This document shows, piece by piece, positions 55,401 to 62,724 of a DNA stretch of 64,000 bases (positions within the stretch are counted from its first letter, which is position 1; each line of letters begins with the position of its first letter). Both the position numbers and the translations under genes were made by a program. The notes beneath the pieces were generated by a model. The model worked only from the letters and a program-made list of their open reading frames with translations, was not told the origin of the DNA and ran no database searches. This stretch comes from a bacterium (GTDB lineage Bacteria; SZUA-182; DTGQ01; JAFGSM01). The stretch covers positions 87,015-151,014 of the forward strand of contig JBLIRO010000001.1 of assembly GCA_049472335.1 (NCBI GenBank), written 5' to 3'.

Positions 55401-56720
55401 TCAAAAGTGATACCTTGTCCTTAATTCAATCTTATAGTCATTTTGCTTTTCACCATACTCAGTGAAGTTTTTCCCATAAATAAATCCTGCTTTTATCCTC
55501 AATTCCAGGTTTGTTATGGGATTATAAAGAAGCTCCGGGGAAAACGAAAAACTTGAATCGTTTACATTATAAATAATAGTAACAGCAGGAGTAAAATAGA
55601 GGATATCGAAGGGCTCCTTGTGTGCTATTCGCAGATATAAATAGTCCTTCATAGGATTAATCCTGTCAAAATTCAGTTGAGACGTTTTTTTAATTAATGC
55701 GTCATCACCTGAGGAGATATATTGATTATAAGCATTATTTAAAAAGGAGTAAAAGTCACGCATGTCTTTTTTGGAAAATCCGGCACCCTTGTGATAATAC
55801 TCTAAGATATAAGTCGTTTCCGCTTCTGTTAGATACCTTACACCAATAAGATAACTCTTTGTGTTATAGACCTTTTCAAAACCTTTTCCATTTGGATCAC
55901 TAAATACATTAGGATCAATAAAAATATTCTTTACATCCCTTATATAGGCAAATTCGGCATGGACCTCAAAATTTGACTTTATATTTCTTGAAAAGTCAAT
56001 ACCGTAAGCATTTCCTTTACTGCCGCCGGCAAAAAAAAGAAAATCCAAATCCGTGTTATATAATAGCAGATATAACTTGCCTGCAAGATTCAGATGCCGG
56101 GTCTTACCGAAATCTTCATTAATATGCCTTTCAGAAGGGATTAAAACAGGAGTAAATGCCAAAGTGTTCAGGGGCCCGGAAGCAAAGCTTTTTATATAGT
56201 CCGCCCTTGCCATGATATAACCTTCCAGTCCGAGTTCCGGATCATCGGGATTCTTGGGCCTGTCCACGAAGGCTACAGGGTTCCATGCATACCCCTTTCC
56301 CCACTTGAGGGTACATTTACCAAGGTCAAGGGTAAAAGAAAGGGAAGGCTTTAACGAAACATAACCCTCAAAGATTTTGGTCTCGTCCGACCATCCTTGG
56401 TATGTCTTTCGGAGGTATGAATTTGCCTTAATATAAAGACCCGCTTTATCCCATTCATATGTCCCATCCACATGAAGCCTCAGGTTGTATTCCTCGATCG
56501 TATTTCCCTCGTTGTGGTTATAAAAACCGAACTTGTACAAAGAGGCATCCTTGTCGAGGCCAAAAACAACCGGGCGAAATTCGACATATCCCCCTAAATG
56601 GTACGGTTTCTTTTCTATCTCTGAAAGGTCAAAGACGTATTCTTCCTGAGCGGAGATTATTTTGGGAAACAGGATACAAAAAATAAGGGAAACAATAAGA
56701 AGCCTGGGGTGAAGTTTCAT
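55401..56720 (-). CDS. Probable outer-membrane beta-barrel protein of the ABC/LolA-like cluster
   Basis: Signal peptide …KIISAQE, an alternating-residue pattern, and a C-terminal …ELRTRYHF ending in Phe. Confidence 0.5.
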   Translation of the reverse strand: MKLHPRLLIVSLIFCILFPKIISAQEEYVFDLSEIEKKPYHLGGYVEFRPVVFGLDKDASLYKFGFYNHNEGNTIEEYNLRLHVDGTYEWDKAGLYIKANSYLRKTYQGWSDETKIFEGYVSLKPSLSFTLDLGKCTLKWGKGYAWNPVAFVDRPKNPDDPELGLEGYIMARADYIKSFASGPLNTLAFTPVLIPSERHINEDFGKTRHLNLAGKLYLLLYNTDLDFLFFAGGSKGNAYGIDFSRNIKSNFEVHAEFAYIRDVKNIFIDPNVFSDPNGKGFEKVYNTKSYLIGVRYLTEAETTYILEYYHKGAGFSKKDMRDFYSFLNNAYNQYISSGDDALIKKTSQLNFDRINPMKDYLYLRIAHKEPFDILYFTPAVTIIYNVNDSSFSFSPELLYNPITNLELRIKAGFIYGKNFTEYGEKQNDYKIELRTRYHF

Positions 56721-56725
56721 GCCTT

Positions 56726-57466
56726 TTATCTTAAGGATTCCAATTTAGGCATGAAGTTGAGCGTAAACACCTCGTCTTTGAATTCTCTCTTTTTCATCTT
56801 CGCAAATATCATTATGGATTTGTAGTCCTTATGCAAAGGGCTGTCCGTCTCAACTACAGAGGGCCTTTCGATCCCTCCCTCAAAGGATTTTATCTCCTTG
56901 AAATAGAGGGTCTTTATAAGCATGGAATCGTCCGTAAGGCACTCGATCTTTGTGGGAAGCAGCCGGTCGGTATCCACCCACATCCTGAGTTTATCATAGG
57001 CTACAGAGTCGCTCTTTGCCTTGAGATATAAAAGATATTCCTTCTCCTTTTCCTCCGTTTTTTAAAACACGTATTCCTCTGAATAGTCAAGGCGCAATAT
57101 ATCCGAATTATTGAAAACGCCCCCCACCACGGACTGAAGGCTGGTTATCCTTATTGGTTTTCCCACATCCGGGATATAGAGCCACATATTGTCCTCCAGC
57201 CTGAGGGTGCTCCTCCCTTTCTCGCTTGCGGGGGAGAGAAAAAGGGCGGCCACCTTTTCTTTCCCTTTCTTTATTGTATAAAGTACAAATTCCTTTTTCC
57301 TGCCGTCCGGCTCGATATTTATAAGCTTTTTATAGGACTCGTAAGACTCGGGATTGAGGTTTCTGTCAACCTTGATGAGTATTTCATTTCCATCCTGTGC
57401 ATAACTTGCTGAAGCAACAATAATAAGGCCTGCACAACATAACAATACTATGATTTTTTTAAACAT
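56726..57466 (-). pseudogene. LolA-like outer-membrane lipoprotein-sorting protein interrupted by one in-frame TAA
   Basis: ORFs 57062-57466 and 56726-56983 are in the same frame (57466-56983 = 483 = 3x161). Read-through gives …DYSEEYVF-TAA-KTEEKEKEYLLYLKAKSDSVAYDKLRMWVDTDRLLP…. Confidence 0.65.
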
Positions 57467-57593
57467 TTTTCTTTCTTACCCCTAAATTTTTTGGATTTCA
57501 GATCATAAAAAAATTCGAAAACCGTAACATTTTAGTTTTTTAAATCGTGTGCTTCTTTCTAATTTCTTTTAAACAACAAAACTCATATAATTA

Positions 57594-58832
57594 TTATAAA
57601 TGCTTTAGGGCTTTTATAGGTTCCATCCTTGATGCCTTAAAGGCGGGCTGAAGGCTTGCTATTACGGATACAAAGATGACAATTACAGAAACCAGAAGGA
57701 TGTCCTGAATCTTTATAACAGGTGAAAGTATAAGTCCGGTCTGCCTTCCGAAATTAAAGGTGATCTTGGAGATATTTATTATATAGATAATCATGAGGGC
57801 AAAGATGTTGCCGACTATTGCTCCAATGATACCGAGCGAAAATCCCTCAATAAGAAAAAGGGAAAGGATATTTTCGGGCATGGTTCCTATGGCGGCAATT
57901 GTGCCGATCTCCCTTATGCGCTCAAATACCGCCATGATCATCACGTTCATAATGCTTATAAGTACTATGGCAATAAGCATGAGCTTTATAAAAAAGGTCA
58001 TGATATCTATCATCTTTGCCACATTAAAGAAAGGAGAAAGTTTTTCCCATGTGTGCACCTCGAAAACGGCCTTGTCTTCTTTATTAAGCTCGGAAGAAAG
58101 CATAGCGTCAAGCCTTCCGGACACCTCATGCAGCGCTTGAAAATTTTTCAGTCTCAGCGCTATTTCGCTTATCTCCCTGTTCTCCATTCTGAGGATATCC
58201 ATGGCATCCTGTATATGAATATAACCGTCCCTGCCACCGGGACCGGTTACACTTTCTATAATCCCTCCGACCTTTAATTGCCTGCCGTTAACAGAGCCCT
58301 CTCTGTTAGTGGCAATAACCACCACTGTATCCCCTACCCTCACCTTCATACCCTTTGCCAGCAGCTCCGGTATAATGATCTCCCCCTGTGTAATTTCCTT
58401 TTTGCCATCAATTATCCTGGATGCCAGAAGAGGTACTGTGGCAGCTTCCTGGTCCGGTATTATACCGTTTATCCTTACGTTAGTGGTTTCAGTGAAATTG
58501 CTGAACAGCCCTCCGAACTTCAGCCTCAAAGAATATGCCTCTATCTCAGGGATCTGTTTTATGTAATTTTCAACCTTTTTAACCGTTTTGGATTCAAGGT
58601 TCAAGGTCAGAGGAAGATTATCTATGGAAGCCACATACCCCCTTTTATGCACCTGTATATGTCCCAGCATTGAGTCGGTTATCTGACCTACCATCATGCC
58701 CTTGAAAGAATCGGAAACCGATATGAACACCAGAACAAATACCACGCCGATGGTAATCAAAAGGGTGGTTAAAAACGTCCTCCTTTTATACCTGAAAAGG
58801 TTTCTTATGGCGATCTTAAAAAGATTATACAT
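57594..58832 (-). CDS. ABC transporter permease, FtsX/LolC-E/MacB-like
   Basis: 412 aa with an N-terminal TM, a large periplasmic domain, then three C-terminal TMs. It overlaps the ATPase gene by 8 nt. Confidence 0.75.
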   Translation of the reverse strand: MYNLFKIAIRNLFRYKRRTFLTTLLITIGVVFVLVFISVSDSFKGMMVGQITDSMLGHIQVHKRGYVASIDNLPLTLNLESKTVKKVENYIKQIPEIEAYSLRLKFGGLFSNFTETTNVRINGIIPDQEAATVPLLASRIIDGKKEITQGEIIIPELLAKGMKVRVGDTVVVIATNREGSVNGRQLKVGGIIESVTGPGGRDGYIHIQDAMDILRMENREISEIALRLKNFQALHEVSGRLDAMLSSELNKEDKAVFEVHTWEKLSPFFNVAKMIDIMTFFIKLMLIAIVLISIMNVMIMAVFERIREIGTIAAIGTMPENILSLFLIEGFSLGIIGAIVGNIFALMIIYIINISKITFNFGRQTGLILSPVIKIQDILLVSVIVIFVSVIASLQPAFKASRMEPIKALKHL

Positions 58833-59511
58833 GTTTCTTTTCCATTATTTCCCCATCCAGGAGTGTATAAATAATCTCTACCTCCTCTACCACCTTGTTA
58901 TCATGGGTGGAAAAAATAAAGGTGGTGCCAAACTTATCCTTCATTTCCCTCATTATGTTTATAACCTTGTAGGCAGTCTCATGGTCCAGATTTGCCGTGG
59001 GCTCATCAGCCAACACAAGCCCGGGATTGGTTACAAGGGCCCTTGCCACGGCCACCCTTTGTTTTTGCCCGCCCGAGATCTGGTCGGGATATTTGTCCTT
59101 TTGCTCTTTCATGCCAACGGATTCAAGAAGCTCCATAACACTTTTTTTACGATTCACGGCAGAAACCTTTTTCACCATTAGAAGGGGGTATTCAACATTT
59201 TCATAGACCGTGAGAACAGGTATAAGATTAAAGTCCTGGAATATAAAACCGATATTCTTCCCCCTGAATGAGGCGGCTTTTCGCTTGTTAAGCGAGGTAA
59301 CATCCTCCCCCGCTACGCTCAACATACCGGAGGTAGGTTTATCGAGGCATCCTATAAGATTTAAAAGGGTTGTCTTACCACTTCCTGACGGACCGATAAA
59401 AGAGACAAAGGTGGCAGGCTCGATCTTAAAGCTTAATCCTTTTAAGGCATTGAGCGCGACCTCTCCGTTTATATATGTCTTTCTCAGGTCATTTGATACA
59501 ACCAGGCTCAT
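58825..59511 (-). CDS. ABC transporter ATP-binding protein (LolD/MacB-ATPase-like)
   Basis: GPSGSGKTTLLN, LSGGQKQRVAVARAL, LADEPTANLD and an H-loop STHD. Confidence 0.85.
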   Translation of the reverse strand: MSLVVSNDLRKTYINGEVALNALKGLSFKIEPATFVSFIGPSGSGKTTLLNLIGCLDKPTSGMLSVAGEDVTSLNKRKAASFRGKNIGFIFQDFNLIPVLTVYENVEYPLLMVKKVSAVNRKKSVMELLESVGMKEQKDKYPDQISGGQKQRVAVARALVTNPGLVLADEPTANLDHETAYKVINIMREMKDKFGTTFIFSTHDNKVVEEVEIIYTLLDGEIMEKKHV

Positions 59512-60217
59512 ATTTCTCTTTCTCTAAATGTCCTAAAATCATTCGGAAGTTATAAAAAATCCCTTATAATTATAAGGTTATGTTTTTTAAGTATTATTTC
59601 CTGATGATTATTTTATCAGTATAGTAAAGATACTGAAAAAATTCAAACTGGAGAGAAATTTCAGGGAATTTCCGACATCTTTTAGATATTAAAATCTATT
59701 ACGACTTGATAAAGATAAAACAACCTAATATAATTAAAATTATAAGTCTGTTAATTATCAATATACATTCTGGTATACAGGATCTCATCTAAAATCTCTT
59801 TGTTGTTGAATCACTTTTAAAGACAAAATTAAATATATTTATAAACCAAGTTTAAAGTTATTTATTATAATAGCTTAATTATGTTTATAAAAATAACAAA
59901 CAAAGAGTATCAAAAGCTTATTTTGCACATTAGAGCCCCGCCTTATGGAATTTCTTGAGGTTTTTGCCTTTTTCAATCATTTAATCAAATGAAATATATA
60001 GATAAGAAGGCAATACCTGATAAATGATTGATAAATTCAAAAGGGCCTAATATTAATATGGCAAAAAAGGATTTATAGAAGTAATTTTTTTGCATTCTTT
60101 GTATATTACTAACAACTTTGATAAAAACATTATTATTGCCTTGAATGCCAATTAGATATCGAGTTGAGGAGTAATTGAATTGGATCCATGGCTGTCAAGG
60201 TCCATGGAGGTAATACA

Positions 60218-60994
60218 ATGAAAAAGATTATTTTGATCCTTTGTGTTGTAATGATTGCAGTGGGTATCTGTCTTACCGGAGCAGAAGCATACTTCGGCGG
60301 CCTCTTTGCCCCGAATGGACTCCTCAGTAGCGCCTATTATGGCGGTCTTGGTTTTTATGGCGGGCTTTATGGCGGGCTCTATGGCGGCCTTGGCCTTTAT
60401 GGCGGAGGTCTTTATGGTGGGCTCTACGGCGGCCTTGGCCTTTATGGTGGAGGTCTTTACGGCCTTTATGGCGGCCTTGGGCTTTTAGGAGGGCTTTATG
60501 GCGGAGGATTGTACGGCCTTTATGGCGGCGGCCTTGGCCTTTTCGGTGGGCTATACGGCCTTTATGGCGGGCTGTCTCAGATTTCTCCTTTATTAACTAT
60601 AGCTCTTCTGTATAACCAGCTTTTCCCTAGTCTGCTAAATCCAGTTCCATCACCGGTCACATCCACACCGATATCCGTTCCCACACCGATTATTACTGTG
60701 CCGACACCAAATATTACAGTGCCGACCCCGCTTCTTACGGTTCCAACTCCAATAATTACGGTCCCAGCCCCGATAATTAATGTGCCAACTCCTATCATCA
60801 CAGTACCGACCCCCATCGTTACAGTACCTACCCCAATCGTTACAGTACCTACCCCAATCATAACAGTGCCAACACCGATTATTACAGTACCGGCACCGAT
60901 TATTACGGTCCCCACTCCGATCGTTCCCATTCCGCCCCCGGTGACTCCGGTTATAACTCCCATAATCCCAATGATGCCGCTGATTATAACTTAA
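60218..60994 (+). CDS. Secreted repeat protein: Gly-Leu-Tyr-rich half followed by about a dozen TVPTPII heptads
   Basis: GGAGG lies 7 nt before ATG 60218. Signal MKKIILILCVVMIAVGICLTGAEA. Then GGLYGGLYGGLGLYGGGLYG… followed by VPTPIITVPTPNITVPTPLLTVPTPII…. Confidence 0.7.
   Translation: MKKIILILCVVMIAVGICLTGAEAYFGGLFAPNGLLSSAYYGGLGFYGGLYGGLYGGLGLYGGGLYGGLYGGLGLYGGGLYGLYGGLGLLGGLYGGGLYGLYGGGLGLFGGLYGLYGGLSQISPLLTIALLYNQLFPSLLNPVPSPVTSTPISVPTPIITVPTPNITVPTPLLTVPTPIITVPAPIINVPTPIITVPTPIVTVPTPIVTVPTPIITVPTPIITVPAPIITVPTPIVPIPPPVTPVITPIIPMMPLIIT
60676..60933 (+). repeat. Coding 21-bp tandem repeat (heptad TVPTPII) with many synonymous differences between units
   Basis: Units such as acagtgccgaccccgcttctt, acggttccaactccaataatt and acagtacctaccccaatcgtt encode nearly the same heptad with different codons. 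Confidence 0.8.
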
Positions 60995-61082
60995 GGGAGG
61001 GCAATTTGCCTGTATTTTGAATCTGTCAAGCATAAGAGATTTTTGCTTTTATCAAAAGATGAAGCAGATATGTAGTATAATA

Positions 61083-61121
61083 AAGTGGAGCGCAAAAGCG
61101 CTCCACTTTATTATTTGTTTT
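61083..61121 (+). terminator. Rho-independent terminator of the repeat-protein gene
   Basis: AAGTGGAGCGC-AAAA-GCGCTCCACTT forms a perfect 11-bp stem, followed by a T-rich tract. Confidence 0.8.
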
Positions 61122-61157
61122 GATTTTCTCTCTAGGCAGGATTTGATCTTTAATTGT

Positions 61158-61199
61158 TGCTTTTGACACTTTATAACCCTTATGTTATGTTAAATTTAA
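61158..61199 (+). repeat. 41-bp repeat copy 1: sigma70-like promoter and/or Xer(dif)-like site
   Basis: The sequence is GCTTTTGACACTTTATAACCCTTATGTTATGTTAAATTTAA. It reads as TTGACA(61163-68)-17 nt-TATGTT(61186-91). TTATGTTAAAT (61185-95) equals the XerD arm of E. coli dif. Confidence 0.5.
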
Positions 61200-61417
61200 T
61201 CAAAAATATTTACATTTAAAATTTTAATGAGACGGCAAAGAAGCTTCATAGAAGATGTAGGGCACGAAAATGATTTTAGCTTAGGGGATATTGTAATATT
61301 TCTATGCAAAAAGCATTTTAAACAACGCCGAATGTAGGGTAGAGTCCAAGTCTTAATAGACTTCAAATGCAAGATTTGGATTTAACTCTTCACTTCGATC
61401 ATATAGGGATAATAAAG

Positions 61418-61717
61418 ATGAATAAAGATGAAGTAATTCGTTTGATGCGGGAACATTCCGGCTTTTTGATGACCGAATATGGAATTTCTAGAATCGGAAT
61501 TTTCGGATCCGTGGCAGAAGGTAATATGACAGAAGATAGTGATTTGGATATAGTTGTTGAATTCAAGAAGCCAATAGGATTTAAGTTCAATAAACTTGTC
61601 GAGTATCTTGAAAATTTGTTCGGAAGAAAGGTTGATGTGCTGACAATAGACGGTATTAAAAATATAAGAGTAAAAGAGGTTGCGAAAAATATCGAAAGGA
61701 CTTTAGTCTATGTCTAA
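61418..61717 (+). CDS. mntA: Nucleotidyltransferase antitoxin (MntA-like)
   Basis: IGIFGSVAEGNMTEDSDLDIVVEF (GS…DxD). The internal ATG at 61418 gives about 99 aa. It overlaps the next gene by 8 nt. Confidence 0.75.
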   Translation: MNKDEVIRLMREHSGFLMTEYGISRIGIFGSVAEGNMTEDSDLDIVVEFKKPIGFKFNKLVEYLENLFGRKVDVLTIDGIKNIRVKEVAKNIERTLVYV

Positions 61718-62039
61718 ACGTGAAGATTCTGCTGTTATTCAAGATATAAAAGAAGCTATCGATAGAATTATATCATATACAGCAAAAATGGATTATGAGG
61801 ATTTCCTGCGTGATTATAAAACACAAGATGCAGTGGTTAGAAATATTGAAATTTTGGGAGAAGCAGCAAAATTACTATCCGAGGAAACAAAAAGAAGCTA
61901 TCCCAATATACCATGGAAAGACATAACAGGCACAAGAGATAAACTGATTCATGACTATTTTGGCGTAAATATTGATATTGTATGGGATATTGCCAAGAAT
62001 GAGATTCCTTTCCTATCTTCACAGTTAAATGATAAATAA
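61710..62039 (+). CDS. hepT: DUF86/HepT-type HEPN toxin
   Basis: …TGTRDKLIHDYFGVNIDIVWD… carries the R-x4-H HEPN motif. 109 aa. Confidence 0.75.
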   Translation: MSKREDSAVIQDIKEAIDRIISYTAKMDYEDFLRDYKTQDAVVRNIEILGEAAKLLSEETKRSYPNIPWKDITGTRDKLIHDYFGVNIDIVWDIAKNEIPFLSSQLNDK

Positions 62040-62224
62040 ACGGCTGACAATCGGGATTATGTTGTGACGTAACCCCTAATAACAAGTGAAATTAAACATT
62101 ACAAGCAATAAATCCTCTGGCGATTTTCCCTTTCTAATAAAACTGACCATACTTTTCTCGCATGAATTGAATAATAATTAAGATGCATCAAGTCCTGGAT
62201 ATCATTCATCAATTTGTGGCCTTT

Positions 62225-62266
62225 AGCTTTTGACACTTTATATACCTTATGATATGTTAAATTTAA
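62225..62266 (+). repeat. 41-bp repeat copy 2 (38/41 identical to copy 1)
   Basis: The sequence is GCTTTTGACACTTTATATACCTTATGATATGTTAAATTTAA. It reads as TTGACA 62230-35, 17 nt, TATGTT 62253-58. No ORF follows for about 460 nt. Confidence 0.5.
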
Positions 62267-62393
62267 CTTTTACTTTGATTATATAGAGATTTTAGGAATT
62301 TTCGAGAATCAGCCTTTTAATTTTTGAAGATTCCTTTTTACATGGAAATTTTAGAAATTAATTAGAAATTTTAGTTCACATTTACGGTCCTTA

Positions 62394-62529
62394 TTATCAG
62401 GTAAAATATACCTGATAATAGGGGAATTTTAAACTTATCAGGTAAAATTGACCTGATAAAAAATTATCAGGAACTTTTTACCTGATAACAGGCTAAAAAG
62501 GGGATTATCAGGTAAAAACGGCTTGATAA
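62394..62529. promoter_or_regulatory. Four 25-bp palindromes TTATCAGG-N9-CCTGATAA (operator/iteron-like)
   Basis: Sites lie at 62394-62418, 62435-62459, 62464-62488 and 62505-62529 (the last has CTTGATAA). An everted copy, CCTGATAAC…GTTATCAGG, lies at 62633-62665. Confidence 0.7.
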
Positions 62530-62533
62530 TACA

Positions 62534-62696
62534 TTACGCCGCTCCGCGGCGTAACGGGGAGCTAACGCTAACACGTTCAGCATTGGGCCGCGCCGCTGCG
62601 CGTCGCAACCCAACGCTGAACGCGACGTACTCCCCTGATAACCAGTGCAAGGCACCGTTATCAGGGTGCGCCGCGCGTTAGCTCCCTGTTATGTGC
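62534..62696 (+). other. GC-rich multi-stem element (attC-like recombination site or structured RNA)
   Basis: Hairpin TTACGCCGC-tcc-GCGGCGTAA (62534-54). Outer stem GGGAGCTAACGC (62557-68) / GCGTTAGCTCCC (62675-86), extendable to TAAC/GTTA. Inner stem 62574-87 / 62609-22 (13 of 14 pairs). Inner stem CCCTGATAAC (62632-41) / GTTATCAGGG (62657-66). Confidence 0.55.
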
Positions 62697-62724
62697 AGAA
62701 TAGGTATGGGAAATTATCAAGTTT

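Noticed and set aside
817-57064. Stop-codon reassignment (TAA read as sense), suggested by the in-frame TAAs at 817-819 and 57062-57064
   Set aside because: TAA cleanly terminates several well-supported genes here, for example the partial gene ending at 175, the crtN-like genes at 43153 and 44630, and the secreted proteins ending at 53354 and 60994. Pseudogenisation or a base error is far more likely.
60255-61033. Alternative-frame and antisense ORFs over the Gly-Leu-Tyr / TVPTPII gene (60255-60488, 60577-60963, 60650-61033)
   Set aside because: They are by-products of the repetitive sequence. Only the frame with an RBS, a signal peptide and a downstream terminator is credible.
62394-62529. 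Four 25-bp palindromic repeats as a possible mini-CRISPR array
   Set aside because: The intervals between repeats are only 16, 4 and 16 nt and are irregular. No cas genes are present, and the repeat structure is 8-N9-8 operator-like.
62394-62529. DnaA boxes / chromosomal origin
   Set aside because: TTATCAGG matches the TTATCCACA consensus at only the first five bases, and no dnaA/dnaN context is present.
62467-62655. 62-aa minus-strand ORF across the GC-rich element
   Set aside because: Its Arg/Ala/Gly-rich composition follows directly from the GC-rich palindromic stems. It has no RBS and no homology signal.
62394-62696. Retron (msr/msd) or type III toxin-antitoxin RNA upstream of the DUF4238 gene
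   Set aside because: No reverse transcriptase and no ToxN/AbiE-like endoribonuclease motif is present in the adjacent ORF. The repeats are palindromes rather than head-to-tail direct repeats of one unit.
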